DNA from: Pelomyxa schiedti
Lineage: Eukaryota > Protista > Evosea
Reading direction: 5' to 3'
Length of the DNA: 64,000 nt
Assembly: GCA_020536535.1 (NCBI GenBank)
Contig: JAHLWZ010000526.1
Coordinates: forward strand, 1 to 64,000
A program made the translations under genes and the position numbers. Within the stretch, counting starts at the first letter, position 1. Each line of letters begins with the position of its first letter. The notes beneath the pieces were generated by a model that did no database searches, was not told the DNA's origin, and was given only the letters and a program-made list of their open reading frames with translations. Positions 1-10,919 of the stretch are shown here, piece by piece.

Positions 1-147
1 GGTGGTGGTGGTGGGAGAACCCGGAGACGCCTGCGACTGCCGCGGAGGCAGCGGGGGCCCGGCGCTGGGCGAGGACTGTGGGCCACCGCTTGGGTCCGGG
101 ACGGAGGGGCTCGCGGCGGGGCTGTCTTCGCTGCTGGTGTCGCTCAT
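1..147 (-). CDS. 5' fragment of a hypothetical Ser/Pro-rich protein (runs off window start)
   Basis: ATG at 147 on minus strand opens MSDTSSEDSPAASPSVPDPSGGPQSSPSAGPPLPPRQSQASPGSPTTTT with no stop before base 1. GC-rich like other gene starts here and divergent from the PH gene. Confidence 0.4.
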   Translation of the reverse strand, partial: MSDTSSEDSPAASPSVPDPSGGPQSSPSAGPPLPPRQSQASPGSPTTTT

Positions 148-208
148 GGTCACTTACGACTCGATAGAGTTTTCGCGAAGGAAACCAAAGCAACGAAAAA
201 CAGTTGGG

Positions 209-1368
209 ATGATCAACCGTGATGAGCGTGATGGCGGCGAACCGACGCCGCTTCCTGCGCCCTCTCAGTCTCCTGCTCTGTCGTCGTCCCCCTCGCCGCG
301 GACCCTGAGGCACAACGTGACCCACCACCACAACAACGACTACTATAAATAGTAGCGGTACGGGCACTGGGACGGCGTCTTTGCCGCCGAGTTCTTCTTT
401 ACCTTTGTTGCTGAAACCTTCTCCACTGCTACTAAGAAGAACAGAAGCTAGCACAAAGCCTCCGGATTTACTCACACCTGAAGTGATGCAGGTTGCTTAT
501 TTTCATTCTGGGTTTTTAATAACATCCACCGGGAAAAACCAGGCAACAAAACTCCAACAAAAGCAGGAAGAAGTGGAAAAGCTAAAAAGGGACATAGAAG
601 CGGTAACAACATCCCTACTTTATGCACCACTTTTCACTTATGATACAATCAATATCCCTAGGCAAAACAGTCAATCGAGGAAGAGAAACGGCTTCTGCAA
701 GAGCGCCTACTCCAAAAGGTGTTTTTTGTTTTTGTTATGTGGTGTGTAGCCGCTCCTAGGTCACATTTAACCCAAATACTTGTAGACACCAGAATTTATT
801 CTGAAATCTGGTTTTCTCACCAAGGAGGGTGGTACATTTCCAGTTCGCAAAAACTGGTGCACCTTTTTTTTTTTTCTTTCCCCCTCAACTTTCGAATAGG
901 AAAATGCGGTGGTTCGTACTTAAACTTGATGGATTGTATTACTATGAAACCAAAGAGGACTTCCAGCCAAAAGGAATTGTACCTCTCGGCGCCGTTTTAG
1001 CCTCCTACCGGCTTCCCGATATGCCGCTTCAGAAGAATCACAACCTTTTCGTAGTAGAAACTCCACAACGCAACTACATGCTGATGAGCCCGTTTTCTGA
1101 TACCGACGCCACAGCCTGGGTTGAAGCCATCAACAACGCAAAGCTAAAGCAACCATCTATAACTCCACAGCCCCCCCTCACCCTTGTTTCTATTCAACAG
1201 CCTCCAGCTTCTAGCCCAACACCGATTCCATCTTCTTCAGCACACAGTTCAAATACAGAACTGGGTGCCTCACCCACTGCAGAATTAGGAACTACACCAA
1301 CTGGCAGGAGCAGAGCCAGGTCAGGAATGGTTCGTCTGGAACACCCTTCTTCACCAGAGAACCACTGA
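209..1368 (+). CDS. Coiled-coil plus PH-domain protein (multi-exon; 5' end uncertain)
   Basis: Splicing GT-AG introns gives ...ATKLQQKQEEVEKLKRDIEA|AKQSIEEEKRLLQERLLQK| followed by LKSGFLTKEGGTFPVRKNW|KMRWFVLKLDGLYYYETKED...NLFVVETPQRNYML...ATAWVEAINNA, a canonical PH signature. Stop at 1368. Confidence 0.8.
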
Positions 1369-1631
1369 TTCCTTCACCCTTTCTTTGTTGTGTATTTAAA
1401 AAATTTTGTGAGCTGTATGAGGAAAACAACCAAGGGATGAAATAACATTGAAAGGAACCACGTTTCTTGTTGGTGTTGTTGTTCATTATGGTGTGGACAG
1501 GGTGGGAAAAAAAAAAAAAAAGAAAGAACTGTGACAAACAAGTGGGGTGATAATAAGGCATTAATGTGATGATGGTGTCTTTGTCAATTTCGCCTGGGTT
1601 TGGAGTTAGAAAAACGTTTAATGGAGTAACG

Positions 1632-2588
1632 TCAACACACAGGTGCTAGTTCCTTTAGGCTTTTGACTCCGAAAGTGCCTGCCTCATAGACATGCCTTTC
1701 CTCACGCTCACGCCATCTTTCTGATGTGGATTCATCTCTTCCTCCACCTCTGGCATCTTGCTTTGTGTACTCCTGCTGCTTGATAATGTCTTGTACAGCT
1801 TTTGCAACAAGTGAACTTGGGTGTCTAACCCTGCCACTGCCACTGGCTTTGGACGGTTTCAAGCTTGGGGGCATGGTGTTGTTTGTGGATACAATGTGCC
1901 TTGGTTTTGTGTGAGGAGTGCAGCTGTTTTCCAGGGCAGAGTACAAGCGGGCTTGGGTTGATGGAGGTGGGGATGGAGGTGGAGAGGGAGATGCAGACGA
2001 GGAGGACGTGGATGAGGCTGTGTCAGTTGTGGATGTTGGTAGAGGTTTTAAAGTAGGGTTTAGACCAGTGATGCGTTGCCGCTTAGGAATGTAGGTATTG
2101 TCAAAGTGTGTGCTGGTGGTATTGTTTACGTCGGAGCGTTTCCTTGTCAAACCTGTAGGACAAATGTTATCATTGTAAACAGGGAAGACGTGATTGTACC
2201 TGAAAGGTCTATCTTCCTATTTGATGATGAAGGGACCTTGGTTGAACTGCAAGCACTAACCGTTGTGTCAGGGCTGGGGATGGAAAAGGATGATGTGTCA
2301 GTGATATCTGGCTGAGTAGTGTTGTTTGTGATGGTATTATTTTTAATGGGAAGAGGCAGTGGCGTGACAAGGGGGGGATCAGATAAGCCAAGTCCTTTTA
2401 TCACCTCCTAGGTGAAGTGAGAGGGAAAAAGTAATGGAAGAAGAGCTTGCCTCTCTTGAAAGCTCGTCTGCAAGTACCCTCACCTGAAGGTGGGGAAATA
2501 CTTCTTCTTCTTTCTCCTTTGTTTTCGCTTTGACTTCCTCGTTTTTTCTTGCCAAATTGTCACCACTATGCTCATCTAGTATTGACAT
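1632..2588 (-). CDS. Hypothetical low-complexity Ser/Thr/Pro-rich protein, multi-exon
   Basis: Three successive minus-strand ORFs (2379-2588, 2147-2404, 1632-2150). The last two are joinable by a GT-AG intron (gtacaatc...cctacag); the first junction is less certain. Contains a basic motif (TRKRS...PKRQR). No domain recognised. Confidence 0.5.
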
Positions 2589-2612
2589 AGGCTCCTTTGT
2601 AGGGTTTAATAA

Positions 2613-3320
2613 TCACGATATGAGAATGGAGGAACTAACTTGAGAATTCTGGCGCAGGGTACCAGGCTCAAAATCATGCGAGAATGGGCAATTGATTCCC
2701 TTCTTGCAGCCAAACGAATTGTAGAATACACAAGCCGGGATTTTGTTGTTCAGTGAAGAGTGAGGGTTCTTTGCAACCACAAGGGGAGTAGACGATCCCG
2801 ATTGCAGCGGCAGCGTGGTCGCGGTCGCGCTCGAAGTCCTCTGCGCCCCGCCACAACCAAAAGACGCGCCAGGTGGAGGGGGAACGGGGAGGCCAGCCGA
2901 CGGCGGCGGCGGGGCGGCGCCACCCCCGGGGCTCCCCATCATCGACGGCGGCGGCGGGGCGGCCATCAGCGGGCCACACGGCGGGGGAGGCGGGAGCGGC
3001 GGGTGGGCGTAGGTGCAGTACAGGTTGCGGCACAGCCCGCGGAGCCAGTACTTGCAGACGACGTAGACGGGGCCCTGCGGGTTGTGCCGGAACGTGCACG
3101 CCGAGCCGCGGGAGCACGAGCCCTGCGCGAAAAAGACGCAGTCCGCTAGCTTCTTCTGGGTCGCGGGCGGGGCGGCGCCCGAGGAGCTGGAGGAGGAGGC
3201 CGTGGCGGGCGAAGGCGGGGGCGGCCGCGAGGACGACGACGGCGCGCCGTGCATCCCCCACGACGACGTTGGAGTGCAAGTGGAGATGTCGTCCAACGTC
3301 ACCTCGAAGTCGTCGTTCAT
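2613..3320 (-). CDS. CCCH-type zinc finger protein (three C-x8/7-C-x5/4-C-x3-H fingers)
   Basis: CVFFAQGSCSRGSACTFRH, CKYWLRGLCRNLYCTYAH and CVFYNSFGCKKGINCPFSH within ORF 2613-3467. Likely ATG at 3320 (MNDDFEV). Confidence 0.85.
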   Translation of the reverse strand: MNDDFEVTLDDISTCTPTSSWGMHGAPSSSSRPPPPSPATASSSSSSGAAPPATQKKLADCVFFAQGSCSRGSACTFRHNPQGPVYVVCKYWLRGLCRNLYCTYAHPPLPPPPPCGPLMAAPPPPSMMGSPGGGAAPPPPSAGLPVPPPPGASFGCGGAQRTSSATATTLPLQSGSSTPLVVAKNPHSSLNNKIPACVFYNSFGCKKGINCPFSHDFEPGTLRQNSQVSSSILIS

Positions 3321-3414
3321 CGTAGCACTTCCTTGTTCCTTTATTTTTGGTTTTTTGGTTTGATTGGTTGGTGATGTATCGGAAGCAAAAAAAAAAAAAA
3401 TGCCGATAGAATTT

Positions 3415-4532
3415 CTAAAGGGAACAACAGATCCAGCCGTTGTTGGAAAATTCCGTTGGTGTGGCACACTGTTGGCGTTGGTACGCGTTGATTATCTCTT
3501 TGTTCCAACACGGAAACGAACAAGGACTTGTCATAGGACTGCTCTGTTTGGAAAAAGAGGGAGGAGCAGATAAGCTGAGATAGAACACCCAATGGCCAAA
3601 TAGTTGTAGCTGAAAAGGGAGAGGGGTCATACGCTCGTGCAACTGTGCCCTCAGCGTGTCAAACTCTTCTCTGTGCATCATTTCGTACTCCTCCCACCCC
3701 ATGTGAGAATATGCACATGCCTCGTCCCTGATTGCCTTTGCCCTTCCCGCGGCATTCTGCCATTCCTCAGGCGCCACAGCCACTGCCACAGCAGCTCCTC
3801 CGCCGCCGCCGCCGGGTCCGCGTGTCAGTGCCACTGCAATCATAAGCTCTCGTATGCAGCTGGCGACTACGCGGCTGCACCGCTGCATCTCTCCCTTCTC
3901 GCTCAGCATCTTTTGGGCGAACTTCCAGTCGCGGTCGCTCTCCTCTATGACGCTGTGTGCGATAGCGCGCGGGTCGTGCGGAAGGTGCAACCTTGGGTTT
4001 ATTGTCTCCCTCCAGATGCATTCGGGTGGTATGCACCTCGCAGTCAGTATCTAATATCACAACGTTATCTGAAACAAAAAAATAACACCGTAAACTAGTG
4101 ACATGCAATTCAGTAGCACCAATGACCAAACGCATTCCCCCGCCCAAACACAAGCACAGCAACACCATTTCACGCACCAGCCAACGTACGTACTTCGAGG
4201 AAGTGACCAGCCCTGAGCCTCGCAGAGTACTCGGAGGCGGACAGGACGGAGGCGTCCACGTCCCTGCAGTGCAGGTCCCTGTGGGCCGGCGGCGCGGGCT
4301 TGGACTCGTCCCTCACCACTACGACCAGGTCCCAGTCGCTGTCCCGCCTGGACGTGCCCCACATGCGCGAGCCCACGACGTAGGCGTTGGCCACGTCCGA
4401 GTCCTTGAGCTTGAGCAGGTCCAGTGCAATCTTGAGGCCCATTGACGTGGCAGGGGTCGTTGCATTAGAGGGGGGTGGTTCTCGGCTCGGGGGCGCCCGT
4501 GTTGCGGTGCCCCCTCCTCTGTTCTTCCTCAT
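3415..4532 (-). CDS. Pol-beta-superfamily (minimal-type) nucleotidyltransferase with a helical C-terminal domain
   Basis: Motif AYVVGSRMWGTSRRDSDWDLVVV (GS...DxD) and a third-aspartate region DVDASV. Splices into HLPHDPRAIAHSVIEESDRDWKFAQKML. 3' end approximate. Confidence 0.8.
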
Positions 4533-4690
4533 GGAAGTTCAAACGCTGTGTTCTCTAACGTTGATGTTGTTGATGGAACAAAGGAGAGGAAATCGTTCGA
4601 AACAAGTTGGGCACGTTGGCCAACGGCTTTCGAGCTTCAAGCTGTTTGTCCAGTTCCCCACAAATATCATTATAATCAATATTTATTGTC

Positions 4691-5865
4691 ATGTCAGGAG
4701 AAGAAGTGCGAGCAGTAGTTATTGACAATGGCTCAACAATGTGCAAGGCTGGCTTTGCTGGTGAGGATGCCCCCCGTGCTGTGTTCCCAGTGCGTTTCTT
4801 CCTTTCTTTTTATTGTTTCGTGCCTCACACATCTTACGAAACCTCTGGATCAAGGCAATCGTTGGCCAGCCCACAGGAATGGCGAGAGGAAACAAGTCTT
4901 ACGTTGGAGATTCAGCCTTCTCCAATAAGCACATCTCGTTGACGACAATCCACCCCATCGAGCGCGGCATCGTCACCAACTGGGTTGCCATGGAGACTCT
5001 GTTGGACCATACTTTTCAAAACGAGCTTCAAGTGCCCTCCGAAGATTACCCTGTTCTCATCACCGAGCCGCTGCTCAACCCCAAGGCCAACCGCGAGAAA
5101 ATGACCCAGATATTGTTCGACACATTCCACTGCCCCGGCATTTATGTCGCAGTCCCAGGCCTCTTATCCCTCTTCTGCTCAGCGAGGACAACAGGAGCAG
5201 CCGTGGACACTGGTGATAGTGCCACACAGACTGTGCTAGTATTCGAGGGCTACACTCTCCAAAGCAGCAACAAGCTGGATTTTGCCGGTGGCAATCTCAC
5301 GGAATACCTGGTGAGGAGCTTCAATGCCCGTGGGCACTCGTTCTCAACCAGAGCAGAGCGTGAGGTGGTGAATTGTATCAAGGAGAAGCTTGCCTACGTC
5401 GCGCTCGACTTCACCGCTGAGATGAACAAAGCCGCCTCTAGTTACGAGATTAGCTACGAGCTTCCGGATGGTGAGCACATCTCTGTTGGCAACGAGAGGT
5501 TCCGGTGCCCAGAGGCCCTGTTCCAGCCATAATTTCTTGATATGGGGGCTGCTGGTATCCACGAGACACTCAACAACTCCATCATGAGGTGCGACGCTGA
5601 AATCCGCCAGGATTTCTACAGGAACATCGTCCTTTCAGGAGGCACATCCATGTTTCCAGGGCTTTCCGAGAGGATGCATAAAGAGATGACAGCCCTAGCA
5701 CCCGCTAACGCAAAGATCAAAATCATAGCACCGCCTGAGCGCAAGTACTCTGCGTGGCTTGGAGGATCTATCCTTGGCTCACTAGGCTCGTTCCAAAAAA
5801 AGTGGATCAACGGGGCAGAGTACGATGAGTGTGGCCCGGCAATCGTCCACGACAGGTGCTTCTGA
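4691..5865 (+). pseudogene. Divergent actin/actin-related gene with in-frame TAA at 5530-5532 (pseudogene, null allele or sequence error)
   Basis: [26 protein letters not shown]|AIVG (intron 4790-4854), [72 protein letters not shown]. ORFs 4813-5532 and 5542-5865 are in the same frame. Confidence 0.7.
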
Positions 5866-5958
5866 AAGAGGCCTGTTGCTTATTTTATTGACCCATCTGT
5901 ACAGTAGGAGAAAAGTTTTTGTTCATCAATTTTTTTTGCTCTGCGACGAAAGATTATG

Positions 5959-7961
5959 TTAGTCGAGCCACAGCTCGTCAGAGTCTGAATCGTCCAACCC
6001 CATCCCTGTGTGACGTCACGTGTTGTTCGTGTTAGAGGTGTTACCTGTTCGCCGAGTTGCAAGGGCGAAGGAAAGAGACTGAGCAAGGGATGGTCCCATG
6101 ACAGAAGGGATACTAGGCGCTGTTCGAATCTTCTTCAGTGTTGTACCTCTCTCTATCTGTGCAGGGTTGGTAACACGTAAATCCGAGAAGCTCGAACCTC
6201 CTTTAGAAGTTGAGTGCGTGACACCGACCTGATACTGTGGGCTTCACTCCTCTTTGGTGGGAGCGGAGGCGGAGGAGGTGGTGGTGGCGAAAGAGTTGGG
6301 GGGATGGATGTGGAAACCGGAGGTATTGGAGGGGCGAAGTCAGGGGGCGGAAGATGTGAAGGAGGGGACTGATGTGGGGTCTCTGGGAAAGGAGATTCAT
6401 GGAGTTTAGGTGTTAATTGTTGGGTGGGTGGTGGGCTCGGTTTGTACAACACACATGACGGAGTAGATATAAGCCCTGGTGTTGAGATGACCATTGGTTT
6501 CTCACCAAGTTCTTGACCAAAGACTCGGTTTTCTGGGTGGGCACTATTCACTTGAGGAGTAGTGGAGAGAGTATCCCACTTTTGTAGGTTTGTAGTTTGG
6601 AAGATACTTCTCAGATCTTTTTTTTCCCCATCAGTACTACTAATGAATAGTATTTATACCTTGGGGGAATTCCGACATAAAACTATATCCTGATTCAGTG
6701 TCATACCCTTTTTTTTTTTAGACAATTTACTTAAGCGAGTTCTTACCAATGTGGCTTGTATGCTCAAATGAATTAGGGTAAGAAATGACCAACGGTTCCA
6801 GTTGCTTTTCTTGTTTGAACTTTGATAACCGGAAGAGTTTTCTCCTTGCTTTTCTATTTGAAGACACTTGTTGTGATTGCTGTTGGGTGGCATCTTTGAC
6901 TGTTGACCCTACTGCGAGATGCCCCTCGGGAAGTTGCTTTCCAACTCCCTGAAATTTTGGAGCCGATGTTGCCTTTGCTTTTACTACTGCTTGAGCTGCT
7001 GAAGCGAGTTCTGATGAGTGAAAAATGAATAGAGGCGTTGTTAATCGAGTATGTCCCTCTTCCAGTGATTCAATACTGCGAACATTGCGATGCTGTGTAC
7101 TGTCCTTTGAAACATGCTAAGTAGCTGACCATTTTGTACAGATACATACAGAACAGGATTTCTCTCCAACAAGACTCGTACTACGTATCTTTACGCTGTG
7201 GTTGCCATTACTGGGGCCAGTATTTTCGGACTCTTTCACAAGTAATGATATGCAGTCAAACAGCAGATCTGCCTCTCTGATATCTGCAAAAGATAATCCA
7301 ATGACCTGAGTGTCTGATTGAAAGCAATGCAGATACGGAGCCAACTTCTGTGGCCTCGGTATTAGGAGGACAGCTAAACACTCTTTGGGAAACAAACCAT
7401 ATAGCAAATACCGAGGTGCACTTCTTGTGAAAAAACAATAGCTTGGTCCACAGTATTGATTTCAGCAAAGTTGCTTTTTTTGTATGTATTGATCTCGTGA
7501 GTTACGGAAACAATTAATAAATAATAGGTAATAGGAAACGGAGGGTCTACATGACTGAATGACCAGCACGCGCCCGACACGCCACCAGAGTTCCTAGTTT
7601 CCCAGTGTACTTCCACTCTTTTATTTTCTGTCAGAGAGATGCCGCACATCACCCCGACCATTCCGTAAATAAGAAAGATAATAACACACGTACCGCCCAT
7701 GTTGTCTGCTACGTAAAGCTTCGCCACCGCACGTGCCAAGATCTCGTCAGCATTCCTGGCCGATAGAACTTCCATTTCGCGTGGCACTATTTCCCGGACA
7801 TTGTGATGTCAAATCACCTTTTCCACGGTGGACAAAAGCTGGAAAAAAAGGACACTGGACAAATTCTGTTGTTTTTCTGAAAATTGAGAACGAATGCCCA
7901 CGTGCATGGGATCTTCAGCTTCCTCAGTAGAATTCAAAACGGCTCTGTTGCGCATTTTCAT
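5959..7961 (-). CDS. WASP: WASP-family actin nucleation-promoting factor (WH1-CRIB-polyPro-WH2-C-A)
   Basis: After splicing: WH1 (ILARAVAKLYVA; YLHCFQSDTQVIGLSFADIREA), CRIB ISYPNSFEHTSHIG|YDTESGY (~6745-6786), poly-Pro, WH2 RTQLLKE|IERGTTLKK, then SLAQSLSFALATRRT|GMGLDDSDSDELWLD*. Stop at 5959-5961; start approximate. Confidence 0.88.
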
Positions 7962-8036
7962 GGTTTAATTACTCAGGCACACACAACCCTCTCACACTCT
8001 AGTTGTAAAGCGTGTTGTAGAGTGCGTTGCCGGTCC

Positions 8037-8640
8037 ATGCTGTCTTTCACACCAAGATCCTATTTGGGAATGTTGTGTGATGGTACACGTTACACCGCTC
8101 TAATGTCGGACGCGAGTCTCGACCACAAAGTGTGCGGGATGCATCGAAGTTAGTGCCGTCAACGTAAAAACAACAACAGTAACAGTCCGTCACTGTGTGC
8201 ACAACCCACTAACAAAAACTAAACTAAATAGACTTGGCAATTGCTGTGAGGGACGCTGGACCCACAGGCACGACAAGGTTACAGGGTCAGTCTCCAATTT
8301 CCGCCGGGTTGTTATAACTACCCCCAAAACAGAAATCGAGCAGGCTCTCATTAACAGGCTCAGGGATGTTGTTCACCACCCTCTTGTTGTCAGTGTTTCC
8401 ATTGGCACATTGTTCAGAGACTGGCATGGTAGCAAAACTGACTCTTCACATCCATTGGACGTCCATATCCAGGTACCCAACATCCACGCCACATCGCAGT
8501 GTACTAATGTGTATTATTAGCTCATATCTGATCCCCTCAACGTGGAGAGCAAGATGATGACGTTTGTGAGGCGTGGCTTGCCTGGCCCAGTCTCCGAGTC
8601 TGTGTATTCTTGTTTGTACAAATATGACCCAACAAGTTGA
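8037..8640 (+). CDS. Small hypothetical protein (~120-140 aa, three introns)
   Basis: Introns gttagt...aaatag, gtcagt...aaacag and gtaccc...tactaat...attag join to ...MHRNLAIAVRDAGPTGTTRLQEIEQALINRLRDVVHHPLVVSVSIGTLFRDW...LDVHIQLISDPLNVESKMM...YKYDPTS*. Confidence 0.5.
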
Positions 8641-8774
8641 ATGATTCACTTGAGGGTATATTCTTTACTTGTTGTTGCCACTTTTTTTGAATTCAATTTG
8701 GTGGTCAAAAAAGTGCATCAAGCGAGCTAAACCTAGCTGGGTTTTTGGTTAGCTAGCAGCAAGCTGGTTTGGAA

Positions 8775-8882
8775 GGCAACTAAGAGATGTAGTCCCAGCT
8801 GAACCAATGGATTAATCAATGGATCTAATCTCTTGAGCTGGTGTTTTAGATGGCAGCTAAGAGATTTAGTCCTAGCTGAACC
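8775..8882. repeat. Intergenic 31-bp imperfect direct repeat, two copies, 77-bp period
   Basis: ggcaactaagagatgtagtcccagctgaacc (8775-8805) versus ggcagctaagagatttagtcctagctgaacc (8852-8882); 28/31 identical. Confidence 0.85.
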
Positions 8883-8968
8883 TTCCCCCAGTCTTTGCTT
8901 TTCAGCTTCCCCTGTGATGGTTCCGGTAAACAGCAAAAGCACCCAACTAAAAGGAACCATCATCGAAG

Positions 8969-9753
8969 ATGCGGCTTAGACGGGCGCGGGCCGCATTGTT
9001 CGACATGGACGGGACCCTGTTGGACACCGAACCTCTGTCGACCCTGGCAATCAACAGAGTCATAGAGCCTTTTGGCCACACGTGCGACCCCGCCTTAAAA
9101 GTAAACTTACTTGACATGTGACGTGTGCCTGCCGTGTTATGTTGCCCGGAGCCTCTCTTTTTTTTCTCACCACCTGCTGAATTTTTCTGCCACTTCTGCT
9201 CCCACAGGCGAAATTGCTGGGCAAGCCCAAGGACGTGTGGTCTCATCTCGTGATCGACGAACTTTCTCTGCACGGCAAACTCGGTGCGGAAGAACTCGCC
9301 GAGCAATGGGAGGCCAATCTATGCTCCATGAGCGCGGAGGAGCTCCCCGGCGTCGACAGATTGACCGCCCACCTGCACGCCCACCGCGTGCCCATGGCCG
9401 TGTGCACCGGCAGCAGCAAGGTCCTCGTGGCCGCGAAGAAGGAGAGGCACCCGCTGCTGATGTCCCGCTTCTCCGTCGTGGTGACGCCCGAGTGCGTGAA
9501 GCGGGGGAAGCCGGCGCCCGACATGTACCTCTCGGCCGCCGAGCAGGTCGGGGTGCCGCCCGAGGAGTGCGTGGTGTTTGAGGACGCGATGTCTGGCGTG
9601 CAGTCGGCCAGGGCTGCCGGGTGCGTTGTTGTCGCGATCCCTGCACCTGATGCCAAACAAGAGATTGTGGAGGCATTCAAAGCAGCGGCCGATGTTGTAC
9701 TTCGTTCCATGGAAGACTTTGACCCTTCCTGGTGTGGGCTTCCTTCGTACTGA
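8969..9753 (+). CDS. HAD-superfamily hydrolase (subfamily IA; pseudouridine-5'-phosphatase/HDHD1-like)
   Basis: Exon 1 MRLRRARAALFDMDGTLLDTEP (motif I DxD), one intron, then VCTGS, KRGKPAPDMY and VVFEDAMSGV (motifs II-IV). Confidence 0.88.
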
Positions 9754-9812
9754 CGGAACAACAACGCTTTATCCACGGGAAAAAAAAAGAACATTTTTTC
9801 TTTCTATCTATT

Positions 9813-10737
9813 CTACAAATTTTGATCCCTGTTTTGAGTTGGAACCCACCTCTCAAAAATAAGTTTCTGTGGGCACATTAAAAGGGGAAAAAGGGCTAGG
9901 AGACAACCTTCACAGCAAAAGGAGGCATTGAAATTAGGCTTTCAATAGACTGGTCCTGACAAACCGGAAGAGGTTCCACAAAGCATACCATCAATTGCTT
10001 TGCAACAGTAACCATGTTTCGTGTTGAAGCCATAATGTTACGCCACATCAATGGGGGCATTGAGGCATTGGAGCAGAAAACAACTCGAACTCCATATGTT
10101 GCATGTGAATGGTCTTGGCCCTCTTTGTACAGGAGGAACTCAACACCATATTTCAGTCCCGACCTTGTTGGTGTTAGGCCAGTTAATTGGTGAAAGAGGG
10201 GTGTTACATGCTTGGGAACCCAGCCACACAACCGTAAATTTCTGTACACAGCATATATCTGGGGAAACCTTTGGTCTGTTTCACAGAATAGCTTCCAAAG
10301 TTGGTTGAGAGGTACACTGGGCCACATGTTAGAAATAGAAAGCTAATGTTATCAATGTCAGGATTCATACGTGGGAGAGTTTAGAGCATCGTCAACATGC
10401 ACTTCTAGACATTTCAACACATCACAAAGATATATAACTTCACAGGGTGCCAATTGAAGCTCTTCATCATTACCTTCTCCTTCCTCAGAATAGTTAGTAT
10501 TAGAATGCAAACTAAACAGGAACGAAAAAAAAAAAAAACAACTTTTGGTACAGATACCACGTTTACTGCGCCGCCCAACAAAAAATCAGGTCGAGATCTC
10601 GACATCGTGCCTTTGCCAAACTGCGGCCACTGCTCCCATAATAGCCGCGCAGTGTCTCGGTCCCTCACAACACAACACATCAACGCTCCACGGTTGCACA
10701 GAACCGCCCTTCCCTGCGTGCCAGTGGTAGTGGCCAT
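9813..10737 (-). CDS. SEN2: tRNA-splicing endonuclease catalytic subunit SEN2
   Basis: FGKGTMSRSRP, EELQLAPCEVIYL, YAVYRNLRLCGWVPK, GLKYGVEFLLYKEGQDHSHATY, spliced C-terminus LIFERWVPTQNR. Confidence 0.85.
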
Positions 10738-10919
10738 GGTACACAGTTTGTTGTCGTATGCTCAATTATGGGAACGGTGACAGTGCTTGGGGTGTTCGTG
10801 GGCTCGTCAGGGCACCCCAAAAAAAAAATCAAGCATCAAAAAAAACTGAGGGGAAAGAGAAAAAAACAAAAACAAATACATCGGAGGTGGTAGTGTATAC
10901 AACACGGTAGATAGATCTG

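Noticed and set aside
2674-3363. Multiple overlapping Arg/Gly/Ala-rich ORFs on both strands
   Set aside because: By-products of very high GC content; only the CCCH frame has recognisable motifs.
5530-5532. Stop-codon reassignment (TAA as sense) as the explanation for the actin stop
   Set aside because: TAA terminates other genes here normally (WASP, dynamin), I saw no other in-frame TAA in conserved exons, and the position corresponds to Ser, one substitution from TCA.
8775-8882. CRISPR-like repeat-spacer-repeat (31-bp repeats, 46-bp spacer)
   Set aside because: Only two imperfect copies, no cas genes and a eukaryotic intron-rich context.
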